NCBI RefSeq assembly: GCF_004010195.1
Contig: NC_057750.1
Span: forward strand, 19,260,229 to 19,308,039
Origin: Chiloscyllium plagiosum
Lineage: Eukaryota
Direction of reading: 5' to 3'
Length of the DNA stretch: 47,811 nt
Every line of letters begins with the position of its first letter. Within the stretch, counting starts at the first letter, position 1. The translations under genes were made by a program, and so were the position numbers. The notes under the pieces were generated by a model. That model had not been told where the DNA came from. It did no database searches and saw nothing but the letters and a program-made list of their open reading frames with translations. Of this stretch, positions 1 to 11,492 are shown in pieces.

Positions 1-141
1 TTCTGCTCTGTAACAATTATGATTCCGTGACATTTGATCCTCTGGCAAATGAGAAGAGGTGACTTCTAAATACCATTATCAAATCCAAGGCTTTAGCAGA
101 ATCTTTGACTGAGAGATAGGCAGACCCCAGGATCCAGTCTA

Positions 142-308
142 TCAGTTGTAAACAGCAAACCCGGACACAGCTCCTTGCTCCCAGGGAAGGGAGGGGTATG
201 GGAGCCTGGAAATAGTGTCGTTGACATTCTGAAGGCAGCCCGGGGACAGACAAAAGTTGATCACTGTTCCCACGTTGGAAACCAGCAAACAGTTTGAGGT
301 CAGGTTTC
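142..308 (-). CDS. Candidate terminal coding exon (phase-1 acceptor) of an unidentified host gene: xNLTSNCLLVSNVGTVINFCLSPGCLQNVNDTISRLPYPSLPWEQGAVSGFAVYN*
   Basis: The minus strand shows a branch-like CTTAAT, a pyrimidine tract and AG (cctatttttAG|GA AAC CTG). It then reads 54 codons with many C/G-ending codons (AAC, CTG, ACC, GTG, ATC, TCC, TGC) and ends in tandem stops TGA TAG. Not repeat-like. Three Cys and two N-glycosylation sequons (NLT, NDT). Product not recognised. Confidence 0.55.
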
Positions 309-698
309 CTAAAAATAGGATTAAGTTTCTATCCAGCTGTGCAGCCGGGATTTTGAAGACATCAACAAACTGCCTAGTAATGTTGCATGTTTAGTTTTGT
401 CAGACTTGTAAGACTAGGGCTGAGGGAGTCAGGGTTTGGAGGAGGGGCTCAGTATTAAAGGATGCTGTGCTGGACAATGGCAATTAAAGCAAACCCCTTT
501 GCAATACCCTTCACTGTCGTTCGGCAAAGTGAGCACATTTTATTCGAACCATTCCCCAAAAAAAATTCCCAAAGGCCCTGGAGGCATGGGCTGGAAGAGG
601 GGAGGCAAGTTTGAATGAGAGGTAAAATGAATCAACCATTTGTAATTAACTATCAAAATGCAACAAAGAAATTGCTAATTTATTTCTTGTACAGTGCA

Positions 699-1198
699 NN
701 NNNNNNNNNNNNNNNNNNNNNNNNNNNNNNNNNNNNNNNNNNNNNNNNNNNNNNNNNNNNNNNNNNNNNNNNNNNNNNNNNNNNNNNNNNNNNNNNNNNN
801 NNNNNNNNNNNNNNNNNNNNNNNNNNNNNNNNNNNNNNNNNNNNNNNNNNNNNNNNNNNNNNNNNNNNNNNNNNNNNNNNNNNNNNNNNNNNNNNNNNNN
901 NNNNNNNNNNNNNNNNNNNNNNNNNNNNNNNNNNNNNNNNNNNNNNNNNNNNNNNNNNNNNNNNNNNNNNNNNNNNNNNNNNNNNNNNNNNNNNNNNNNN
1001 NNNNNNNNNNNNNNNNNNNNNNNNNNNNNNNNNNNNNNNNNNNNNNNNNNNNNNNNNNNNNNNNNNNNNNNNNNNNNNNNNNNNNNNNNNNNNNNNNNNN
1101 NNNNNNNNNNNNNNNNNNNNNNNNNNNNNNNNNNNNNNNNNNNNNNNNNNNNNNNNNNNNNNNNNNNNNNNNNNNNNNNNNNNNNNNNNNNNNNNNNN
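699..1198. other. Assembly gap (500 N)
   Basis: Run of exactly 500 N, likely a fixed-size scaffolding gap. Confidence 0.99.
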
Positions 1199-1647
1199 AA
1201 ATTTTGTAAGTTTTATGAATATAGCATATTTTTAGATGTTTACAACTCTAATATGTTTTAAGTGAGTGAGGAAAGCTATGAGGGAAGATGGAAAACAGCT
1301 GAATAGTATTTTAAATCATATGGAAGGGAAAGTAGACTGTAGTAAATCTTCAAAAGATTTTTGATAAGATGCCTGGAATAGTTTAACGAACAAAGTCAGA
1401 AAATGAAAAGTCTGGGGAATAGGAGCAGATTTGTTTGCAGCTGACAAAAAAGCAGAAAGTGGGAGTAAAGGGGAATTGTTCAGAGTGCTGGCAGAAGGTG
1501 AGAAGTTGTTTCCCACAGGAATCAATACTGGAATCATTCTGTGAACAATTTACATCCAACAACTTGGACTTTGAAAAGCACAATTTCTATTTTGCAGATG
1601 AAACCAAATTTAGAGGGATGGTGTGACAGATAATACAGAGGATGTTT

Positions 1648-1986
1648 GTGGGGCATGGTGACTCAATGGTTAGCACTGCTGCCTCACGGCGCCAGGGACC
1701 CGGGTTTGATATCACCCTCAGACTACTATCTGTGTGGAGCATGCACATTCTCCTGTGTCTGCATTGGTTTCCTCCGGGTACTCCAGTTTCCTCCCACAAT
1801 CCAAAGATGTGCAGGTTAGGTATATTGACCATGCCAAATTGTCCATAGCATCCAGGAACGTGCAGGCAAGATGGATTAGCCATGGGAAATGTAGAGTGAT
1901 AGGGTAGAGAGGGTGAGTTGTTCTTTGGAGGGTCGGTGTGGGTTTGATGGACCGAATGGCCTGATTCCACACTGTAGGGATTCTAA
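1648..1986 (+). mobile_element. HE1-type tRNA-derived V-SINE
   Basis: A-box-like GGTGACTCAATGGTTAGCACTGCTGCCTCAC, B-box-like GGGTTTGATATC, V-domain TGTGTGGAG...GGTTTCCTCCGGGTACTCCAGTTTCCTCCCACA, CR1-like tail. Confidence 0.9.
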
Positions 1987-2373
1987 GATTGCAACAAACT
2001 TCAGGACATTAATAAATTTTCAGGATGGGCAAATAATTAGCAAATTAAGTTCAACATGGATCAATATGAAGCCGAACATTTTGGTCCAAATAATGCCATT
2101 AATCACTAGGAAGGTGAGAGTCAGGGTTATGTAAGAACAAGACAATATCAGAGGACAAACATAACAAGGCTCATAAACAAGCAAGCTGTGTTTTCGGCTT
2201 TATATCAAGATGGATAGAATTGAGAAGATACCAGTAGTGTTTGTATGCTAATAGTAACTGCTGCTTAGAGCACACTTCGTGTATGTAGTTCTGGTTATCA
2301 TATTACAAAATGGTGTTAAATAACTGAAGCTAGCAGTAGAACATAAAACTTGCAACACAAGGTACAAATGTGG

Positions 2374-2705
2374 GGGTGGCATGTTGGCTCTGTAGTTAGC
2401 ACTGCTGCCTCACAGCACCAGGGACCCGGTTTCGATTCCAACCTCGGGCGACTGTCTGTGTGGAGTTTGCATGTTGTTTGCGTGGCTTTCCTCTGGGTGC
2501 TCCAGTTTCCTCCCACAATCCAAAGATGTGCAGGTTAGGATGAATTGGCCATGCTAAATTGCCCTTAGGATTCAGAGATGTGTTAGTTAGGGGTAAAATA
2601 TAGAGTAATTGGGGAAGGGAATTGATTTGGGTGGGATACTCTTCAGAGGGTCAGTGCGGACTGGTTGGGCAGAGGGCCTGTTTCATCACTGGAGGGATTC
2701 TATGA
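2374..2705 (+). mobile_element. HE1-type V-SINE
   Basis: tRNA head (GTTAGCACTGCTGCCTCACAGC, GGTTTCGATTCC), V core and CR1-like tail GGGATTCTATGA. Confidence 0.9.
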
Positions 2706-2884
2706 AATGGTGGGTAGAAAAAGCATTGGAGATTGATGTTCATTTTCTTCAGTGTGGTCAAGATACTCACAGTGCCAATCTTGGAAGGGATATCAGGAGT
2801 GAGGAGTTTGTGCTGATGGGGAGAACATTTTAAAGAATTGTTCAGTAAAGGCTCTGAATTCAGCCCAAAATTCCTCAACTATAT

Positions 2885-4820
2885 CCCTCAAAATAGCCCG
2901 TGGGACTCGGTCTTGATTAAAACTTGGCCTGTCTCGGCCCTGAATATACTTACTGACTCAACCTCAACAGTCCTGTGCTGTAAAGCATGAAAAAAGACCC
3001 TCATCAATTCTGTCTTAAATGGGCAACCCCTTTTTCTGAGATTACACCCTCTGATCCTTGACTCGACCACAAGGGAAAACAGACTCTCAGTAACTACGCT
3101 GTCAAGCCCCCTAAGAATCCTGCATGTTTTAATTAAGGTGTCCTCTCATTCTTCGAAATTCCAATGAGTACAAGCCCAACTTACTCAACTGCCAGAGGAT
3201 CTTTTCTTTGATAAGGGGGACCAAAACTTTTCACAGTATTCAGGTTGTGATATGACCAATACCTGCTAAAATTGTATACAAGCTGCAATAACTCAGAAAT
3301 CCTGACTAGAAAGAAGCATTGTTTATTGTTGAACACCAAAATAGAGCCATTACTTGTAGTGTCCATTGGCTAATCCCAGAACTATGTCTACAGTTCTACG
3401 TATATCATGAGTAGTGGCTTTACTTTGGTGTTCAAGAATAAACAATGTTCCTTTTCAGTTTGGCTTCATGAGATATTATATGAGCTTTTTGTGATTTATG
3501 CACCAAATCCCTTTGTTCTGTAGTGTTATGCAGTCATTCTACATTTAAATAATATTCAGCTCCTTATTGTTCCTACCAAAGCTCCTTATTATTCCTACCT
3601 CATATTTTCCCACACTATATTTCATCTGCTAAATTTTTGCCCACTCACTTAACCTATTCATATGTAAATCTATATCCCTCCACAGTCTCTTTGTGTTATC
3701 CTCGCCACTTGCCTTCCCATCTATTTTTGTGTCAAATTCAAAGTTGGGAACACTTTCCTTATCCAAGTCTTCAATACATCTAGTACAGGTAAATAAGTAT
3801 GACCACAACACTGATCCTTGTGGCACTCCACTCCACAGGTTGACATCCTGAAAATGTCCCTTAGTACCTTCAACATCACAGGCTCTTATGTTATTAAGTA
3901 GGCTAATATGTGGCACCTTATCAAATGCCTTCTGAAAAATCCAAACATCACATCCATTGTTCTTCCTTTATCTATCCTGCTTGATACCTCCTTAAGTAAT
4001 TTGAATAAATTTCCCCTTCATTCAAGACATACTGACTCTGCTTGATCATATTATTTATTTCTAAATGTTTTGCATTTACATCTTTTCTAACAGACTGTAA
4101 CGTTTTCCCATGAACACATGCTAAGCTAACTGGTCTATGGCTTTTGTCTGAAATGTCGATTCTCCTGCTCCTCGGATGCTGCCTGACCTACTGTGCTATT
4201 TTTGCCACTCACTGCTTTCAGTTATTATTTGAATACCATCCTAACTTTTCTGATTAACCCTGGTTGATTTAACCCCTTCCTAGAATCCTTCTTTCTTAAA
4301 GGAAACTTTTTCTATTGAGAACCATGCATTATTTTCTTATACATCCTCAACCATCCTTGCTGCAGAACTCTTTTCCCAGTCAGCTCTATCCAGCTCTGCC
4401 CTTATTCCTTTATAATTACCTTTATTTGAATTGGACATAGTTGTTTCTGATCCAGTTTCCTCCCTCTCAAACTGAGTGTAAATTCTACCATGTTATGTTC
4501 ACTGCTTCCTCAGGGACCTTTAACTCTCAGATCCTCTGTTAAACCTGTCTCATTATCAGATCGTCAGACCTAAAATACCTGATCTTTGTGAATCCACAAC
4601 CTACTGTTCTAGGAACCTGTCCCAGATATACTACAGTCTTCTTTGTGGCTACGTCCCCCAATATGAGCTTACCATTCTTCGTTCATATCAAAGTCACCCA
4701 TGATTAATGTACTGTCTTTGTTACATGCTCTCATTATCTCCTGAACTATTCTCTGACCATATAGATACTGTTAGAGGATCTCCAGTCTATTATAAATAGT
4801 GACTTATTCCCCTTTTCCAC
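2885..4820 (-). mobile_element. Decayed CR1 LINE (3' UTR, RT and part of EN), with a small PLE fragment at about 4140-4200
   Basis: ORF 3629..3916 SGVPQGSVL...FDTKIDG; ORF 2888..3070 ESRIRG.NLRKRG.PFKTE (CR1 ORF2 C-terminus). EN-region sequence resumes at about 5580-5810. Confidence 0.8.
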
Positions 4821-4962
4821 AGAATTACAGAGACATTATGGTGCAGAAAGAGGCCATTCAGCTAATCATCTCAAATGAGGATCGTTACCTAGTCTGCTTC
4901 ACCATTCCCTCACTTTTTACACTCTTTCTATCCAAATAATCCAACGCTCTCTTAAATTCCTT

Positions 4963-5576
4963 TGTATTTCACAGTTGGCCGTACTGTGGCTTTAAGAGGT
5001 GTTTTTTTTTCCATTTTTTTTCCTTTTTTGTGAAGAGAGGTTTTTAAGGTAGAGATGCTGAGCAGTCTACTAGAGTCATTATAGTAAACACTTGGTGAGG
5101 CCTTGGCATGTTTTTAAAAGTTAGAATAAAGGAGCAGCCTGAAGGTGTGTCACCAAGTTCCCACAGAGCCAGGATTTTCAGTTTTGGCTTTAAGCAGCTG
5201 CCACTTGGAGAAGTGGAAATTCTTAGTTCCCTATCTCGGTTACAGCTGAAAGATGGGGAATTTTTCTTCCTGCTGCTGGAGTTGCATATGAGACAACGTG
5301 TTTTCCAGCTTCTGCCAAGGGTGAATTAATGGGATGTTACTATATTGGAACAGTTATTCTGTTATTTTGTTAAGTTTTCTAACAGTGCTAAGTGATTCTA
5401 ATTGCTTCTTTTTTTTGTTGTATTTTAACTTTAGTGGATGTATAAAGTGTTTATATCCTTTAGTTTGACCAATTGCATTGCATCTGGAATGCAACACTTA
5501 CCTTTAAAATAAGAAAAAGTCAGGTTCTATACTATCTTCTGAACATTTTGCAGGGGGTTTAGTCTGGTCCAGAACA
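4963..5576 (+). mobile_element. Solo-LTR-like element
   Basis: TG...CA termini (tgtatt...agaaca), no coding capacity, AT-rich 3' part. Its 5398-5515 segment recurs inverted at 6410-6537, so it is a dispersed repeat. No clean TSD. Confidence 0.5.
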
Positions 5577-6409
5577 CTTACCTTCATTTAGATGGATCCC
5601 ACATCGTCTGATCGAAGATCATTTCTTGCTATTGGACTTAGACCAATAATACTACCCCACCACCCTCTCCTTCCTGTCTGTCCTTTAGAAAGGTCATATA
5701 CCCTTGAATATTTAGTTCCCAGCTTTGATCTGCTTGTAACCATGCTATAAGACCATATTCATTAACCTGCATTTGAGCCATTAATTAATTTTTCCCGGAT
5801 ACCACGCAGATTCTGAACTTGTGATGGAAGGAAGGTCACTGACAAAGCTGCTGAAGATGTAGGACCTAGTTCCCTCAGGAGCTCCTTAGTGATGTCGTGG
5901 AGTTGAGATGATTGACTTCCAACAATCACAACTATCTTCCTCCACCACTCATGACATAACTGCATTTGGGATCACTCGATCTTGTCTCTCACTTGCTACT
6001 AATGCTGTTGGACAATCTCTAGCAAGAAATAATCTAACTATTACCCATTGACATATAATGGTATTATCATCTTTGAATTCCCCCATTATCAATATTGCGG
6101 ATGTTGCCATTGACTAGATTCGGGGCCTACTAACACCTTCAGCATGCACTTCCTAAACCACTAATAGACATCAGCAACACATGATCCACTGCAACAGCTT
6201 AGCAAGGCTTCGACCACAGCATCTCCAAATCTGTGAACTCTTGCACCTTGAAGGACATCGACAGCAGATGCTTAGGAGCACTACCCTTCAAGCCGCTGTC
6301 TTGGAACTATACACAAACAAACAGCCAAGGTACAAAAATGTATTGATTATATAATAATATAATATTCTAAAATATAATATAATCCTCAAAATATTCAGAA
6401 GACGCTGAA

Positions 6410-6537
6410 TTCTTCTTTTAAAGGTAACTGTTGCATTCCAGATGCAATGCAACTGGTCAAACTACCACATATAGAACAAAACACACTTTACACATCCACT
6501 ATAATCAAAATACAACAAGAAAAAAGAAGTAATTGAA
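6410..6537 (-). repeat. Inverted partial copy of the 4963-5576 LTR-like element
   Basis: GTTGCATTCCAGATGCAATGCAACTGGTCAAACTA is the near reverse complement of TAGTTTGACCAATTGCATTGCATCTGGAATGCAAC at about 5461-5495. Confidence 0.8.
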
Positions 6538-6563
6538 AAATTATATAATGTAGTATAACAATA

Positions 6564-6945
6564 CAATTCAGCACCTTGAACCTGCTCCATTGCTCAATAA
6601 GATCAAAAATCTCATGGCTTATCTGATTGTAATGTGAAATCCACATTCCTGCCTGCCACGATAATGTTTCACTACCCCACATCCCGCACTGCCCCACAAC
6701 CTGCGCTTTACTTAACAAGAATTTATGCGCCTCTGCCTTACAACTATTCAAAGACTTTGCTTCCAAATACTTCCTTTTCAGGTCCAAATACTCATCCTCT
6801 GTGAGAAAATATTTGCCTCATCCCTTTTAATGATTGACTTCTTAATTTTAAACAAAGACCCCAGTTGTAGATTCTCCTATAGCAGTAAACATCTACTCCA
6901 TATCTGTCCTTTTAATACCTCATAGGATTTTATATCTTCTCTTCT
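6564..6945 (-). mobile_element. CR1 LINE 3' end fragment; a second related copy runs 6975-7460 and resumes at 11790-12170
   Basis: Shared text ATTCAGCACCTTGAA...TCAATAAGATC...ATCTGATTGTAATGT in both copies. ORF 11987..12172 LVR..LEY.VQYWSP...VQRRFTRLI is a CR1 ORF2 C-terminus. Confidence 0.8.
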
Positions 6946-7035
6946 CTGACTTAGAATGATACACAAACATACAAACAAGGTCTATTCAGCACCTTGAAGC
7001 TTCCTCACTGTTCAATAAGATCAATAAGATTGAAA

Positions 7036-7336
7036 GGCAGCACAGTGACACAGTGGTTAGCACTGCTGCTTCACAGCCAGAGACCCAGGTTCAATTCCCA
7101 CCTCAGGCGACTGTCTGTGTGGAGTTTGCACATTCTCCCCGTGTCAGCGTTGGTTTCCTCCGGGTGCTCTGGTTTCCTCCCACAGTCTAAAAATGTGCAG
7201 GTTAGGTGAATTGGCCATGCTAAATTGCCCGTAGTGTTAGATGTAGGGGAATGGGTCTGGTTGGATTGCTCTTTGGAGGGTTGGTGTGGACTTGTTGGGC
7301 CGAAGGGCCTGTTTCCACACTATAAGTAATCTAATC
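7036..7336 (+). mobile_element. HE1-type V-SINE, full length
   Basis: GGCAGCACAGTGACACAGTGGTTAGCACTGC...GGTTCAATTCC, V core, tail AAGTAATCTAATC. TCAATAAGAT occurs on both sides (probable TSD). Confidence 0.93.
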
Positions 7337-8074
7337 AATAAGATCATGACTGATCTGATTGTAATGTCAAGCCCACATTCCCGCTTGCCATGATAACCTT
7401 TCATCACTTCACCCTCTTTACTTAACAAGAATTTATCCATCTCCACAACCATTTAAAGACTTATTTATTCATTCATTTTGCGGAATGTGGGTGTTGCTGG
7501 CTGGCCAGCAGTTATAGCCCATCCCTAGTTCCCCCTGCGAAGGTGCTGGTGATCTGTCTCCTTGAACTGCTGCAGACTACCTAATGTGGGTTGACCCAAA
7601 TTGCCATTAGGGAGGGAATTCCAGAATTTTGACCAGTGACAGTGAAGGAACACCAATACGTTTCTAAGTGAGGATGATGAGTGACTCGGAGAGGAACTTT
7701 AATTTGGTGGTTTTTCCATATATCTACTGCCCTTGTTCTTCTAGATAGAAGTGGTCATGATTTTGAAAGGTGCTGTCTGAGGAGCCTTGGTGAATTTCCA
7801 CAGTGCATCTTGTACTGCTGCTACTGAGCATTGGTGTTGGAGGGAGTTTATGGACTTAGTGCCAATCAAGTGGGTTGCTTTGTCCTGGATGGTATCAAGC
7901 TTCTAGAGTGTTGTTGGAGCTACACTCATCCAGACAAGTGGAGAGTATTTCATCACACTCCTGACATGTGCCTTGTAGATGGTGGACAGGCTGTCAGGAG
8001 TCAGAAGGCAAGTTACTTGCCGCAGTATTCCTAGCCTCTGACCTGCTCTTGTAGCCACTGCATTTATGTGGTGA

Positions 8075-10635
8075 CTATGATGTGGAGGTGTTGGTGTTGG
8101 AGTAGATGGACAAAGTTAAAAATTACACAACACCAGGTTGTAGTTCAACAGGTGTATTTGGAGGTATAGGCTTCCAGAGAGCTGCATCTTCATCAGTTGG
8201 CGAGTGGAGCAGGACTATAGGACATAGAATTTATAGCAAAAGATCATAGTGTCATACAACTGATGTGTTAAATTGAACAAACCTAGATTACTGTTAAATC
8301 TTTCATCTTTTATAATGGATTGCAGGTTTCAATTTATTAAATGCAAATCCTAGAATTTCTTTCAAGCCACATTCCTGCAATAACTTAAGGTTTTATATAA
8401 AAATGGTGGCAGCTCAGACAATGCATTAAAGGTTAGACCCTGTCTGTATTCCAATCTTGGTTCTAATTCCAAAGTAGGAATTTATAAAATGTCCAATGGA
8501 TTGACTGCCTACAGATTGTGTATTTTTTGAGCAAAATAGAATGTGTCGACAAATACAATTCTGCAAATGCAAATTCACTGCATAGACTTATATGTATGTG
8601 GAGGAGAGTGAGAGAGAGTGCGTGTGTGGTGGGTGTGAGTGTGGGGGATCTGTGTGTGTGTGTGTGCCTGAGAGAAAGTGTGTGTATGAGAAAGGGTGTG
8701 CATGAGTGTGTGTGTAAGTGTATAGTGTAGTGGGGTCACCTGGAGTGCGACATGAACCCAAGGTCCCAGTTGAGGCCATTCTAATGGGTACTGAATTTAG
8801 CTCTCAGCCACTGCTCAGTGATTCTGCATTGTTGTGTATCCTGAATTCCACCTTGGAGAACGAACACCCAAAGATCCGAGACCAAATTCCCCTGACCGCT
8901 GAAGTGCTCCCTGACAGGGAGCGAACACCCCTGCCTAGTGATTTTTGCACCACGTCCATTCATCCATTGTTGTAGTGTCTGCTTGGTCTCACCAATGTAT
9001 CATGCCTCAGGGCATCCTTGCCTGCAGCGTGTGAGATAGACAACGTTGGCTGAGTCACATGAATAATAGCCGTGTACACAGTGGGTGGTGTCCCCACAGG
9101 TAATGGTGGTATCCATGTGGTCACTCTGATACATTTTGCAGTGGTTGACATGACAGAGTTGTACAATGTTGCGGTCGATCTTGTCCTGAAAGCCGGGCGG
9201 TTTGCTGTGAACAATCATCTCTTTAAGGTTTGGTAGTTGTTGAAAGGTAAGAAGTAGAGGCGTGGGGAAGGTCCTGGCGAGGTGCTCATCTTCATCAACA
9301 ATGTGTTGCAGGCTGTGAAGAACATGATGTGGTTTATCTGTTCTTGGGAGGTACTGAACAATGAAGGGTACCCTATCAGTCACATCTCATGTCTGTCTCC
9401 TGTGGAGGTCATTGCGGTTACTCGCTGTAGCACGTCGGAACTGGTGATCATGAATGGAGTATCGTATCCTGTTTTTATGAAGGTGTCCTTTAGCACCTTC
9501 AGGTGTTGACATGGATACCACCATTTCACATGGGGACACCACCCACCGTGTATGCAGCAGGTACTCATGTGACTCGGTCAACGTTGGCTATCTCACATTC
9601 TGCTGGCAAGGATGCCCCGAGGTATGGTACTTTGGCAAGACCAAGAAGACGCTTCGACAATGGATGAATGGACACCCGCGCAACAATTGCCAGACAGGAG
9701 TGATTCCTCCCAATCGGGGAACACTTCAGCGGTCAGGGACATTCGGCCTCAGATCTTCGGGTGACCATCCTCTAAGGCGGAGACTTCGGGATACATGCAA
9801 AGTGGTCGAGCAGAGGCTGATAGCCAAGTTCGGTACCCATGAGGACGGCCTCAACCGGGACCTTGGGTTCATGTCACACTACAGGTGACCCCACTGCACT
9901 ATACACTGACACACAAACACACATACACAGACACTCTTACATGCTCACGCACTCACACAGACCCTCGCTCGTACACACACTTTCTCTCAGACACACACAC
10001 ACCTTGTCACAGGCATATACTCAATGACAGTCACGTACACACACTATCAAACACGCACATACACACGCACACATATACTCTTTCTGTCTCACATGCAATC
10101 ACACACACACTCTCTCTCCCTCATGCAGACACTCACACACATGTAGGTCTATGAGGTGAAGGAGAATTGTATTTGCAGATACATTCTACTTGGCTAAAAA
10201 GCACAAACAATCTGTCAACAGTCAATCCATGTGACATTTTATGAATTCCTACTTTGGAAATACAGCCAGTCTGACTCAAGATTTGAATACAAACAGAGTC
10301 AAACCTCACACCTTTAATACATTGTCTGAGCTGTTTGTCATCTTTTTTTTATATAAAACCTTAAGTTATCGCAGGAATGTGGCTTGAAAGAAGTTCTGGA
10401 ATTTACATATTAATGAATCAAAACCTGCAAACCATTCAAAAAGATCAAAGATTTAACAGCAATCTAGGTTTGTTCAATATATCACATCAGTTGTATGACA
10501 CTATGATCTTTTGCTCTAAATTCTGTGTTCTATGATTCTGTTCTACTAGCTACCCGATGGAGGAGCAGCACTCCAAAAGCTTATACTTCCAAATAAACTT
10601 GTTGGACTATAACCTGGTGTAGTGTGATTTTTAAC
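8075..10635. mobile_element. Penelope-like element (Neptune-type GIY-YIG) fold-back insertion: minus-strand copy 8075-9505 plus inverted plus-strand copy 9508-10635
   Basis: GIY-YIG with Cys linker in both arms (SCDSANVVYLTRCRQGCPEA; SCDSVNVGYLTFCWQGCPEVWYFGKT). RT thumb region RVPFIVQY...F.Q.PNLK. (CA)n-rich 3' UTR in both arms. Perfect 12-bp TSD TTTATGTGGTGA at 8063-8074 and 10636-10647. Confidence 0.9.
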
Positions 10636-10763
10636 TTTATGTGGTGAATCCAGTTGAGTTTCTGATCAATGATAACTCCGAGGATATTGATAGTACAGGG
10701 ATTCGGTGGTGGTAACACCATTGAATGTCAAGGGGCGGTGGTTAGATTGTCTGTTATTAGTGA

Positions 10764-10956
10764 TGAAAAATGTGTTGCTGGAAAAGTGCAGCAGGTCAGG
10801 CAGCATCCCAGGAGCAAGAGAATCGATGTTTCGGGCATAAGCCCTTCGAAACGTCGATTCTCCTGCTTCTTGGATGCTGCCTGACCTGCTGCGCTTTTCC
10901 AGCAACACATTTTTCAGCTCTGATCTCCAGCATCTGCAGTCCTCACTTTCTCCCTA
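10764..10956. mobile_element. Short fold-back PLE terminal-repeat (pLTR) insertion
   Basis: About 70-bp inverted arms at 10764-10833 and 10847-10916 around a hammerhead stem II remnant (GGGCATAAGCCC). TSD TTATT(A/G)GTGATG at 10754-10765 and 10957-10968. Confidence 0.88.
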
Positions 10957-11492
10957 TTATTGGTGATGGTCATAGTCTGGTATTTATGTGGCAAAAACAT
11001 TACTTGGTACTTGTCAGCCCAAGCCTGGTAATTGTTGTATTTGGACATGGCTGCTTCAGTATCTGACGAGTCACGAATGGTGCTGAACATTGTGCAATCA
11101 TCAGTGAACATTCCCACTTCTGACCTTATGATGGAGGGGAGGTCATTGATGAAGCAGCTGAAGATGGTTGGGCCTAGAACAGTGACCCAAGGAACTCCTG
11201 CAGAGATGTCCTGGAGCTGAGGTAACTGTCCTTCAACAAGCACAACCAAGGGTTGATGTCAAGGGCTGTCACTCTCATCCCCCCTCTGGAATTCAGCTCT
11301 TTTGTCCGTGTTTGAACCAAGGCTGTACTGAGATCAGGAGCTGAGTGGCCTTGGTGGAACCCAAACTGGGGGTTACTGAGCAGGATGTTGCTGAGCAAGT
11401 GCTGCTTGATAGCACTGTTGATGACCACTTCTATCACTTTACTGATGATCGAGAATAGACTGATGGGGCAGGAATTGGCTGGGTTGGATTTG

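Larger units (their letters stand above)
1260..2835 (+). mobile_element. Heavily decayed CR1-group LINE RT/3' region, interrupted by two SINEs
   Basis: Remnant FADETK motif (1435..1626 ORF: FYFADETKFRGMV) and PQES.L (PQGS-like) motif; many stops. Confidence 0.7.

Noticed and set aside
17..253. 78-aa ORF in the track (open 97 codons from the same acceptor)
   Set aside because: Overlapping frame 142-308 has better codon bias and tandem stops; this frame is probably a shadow, though not formally excluded.
615..1235. Long ORFs spanning N runs (also 34916-36160 and 40815-41747)
   Set aside because: Artefacts of translating assembly gaps.
2768..2810. CACAGTG heptamers as V(D)J recombination signals (also about 7041, 37178, 37666, 46355)
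   Set aside because: No ACAAAAACC-like nonamer at 12/23 spacing and no Ig/TCR segments.
7036..7105. tRNA gene (also heads at 1648, 2374, 14813, 37403)
   Set aside because: A/B boxes continue into the V-domain and CR1-like tail, so these are SINE heads.
8588..8779. His/Thr-rich ORFs (also 9839-10154)
   Set aside because: Translations of the (CA)n tract in the PLE 3' UTR.
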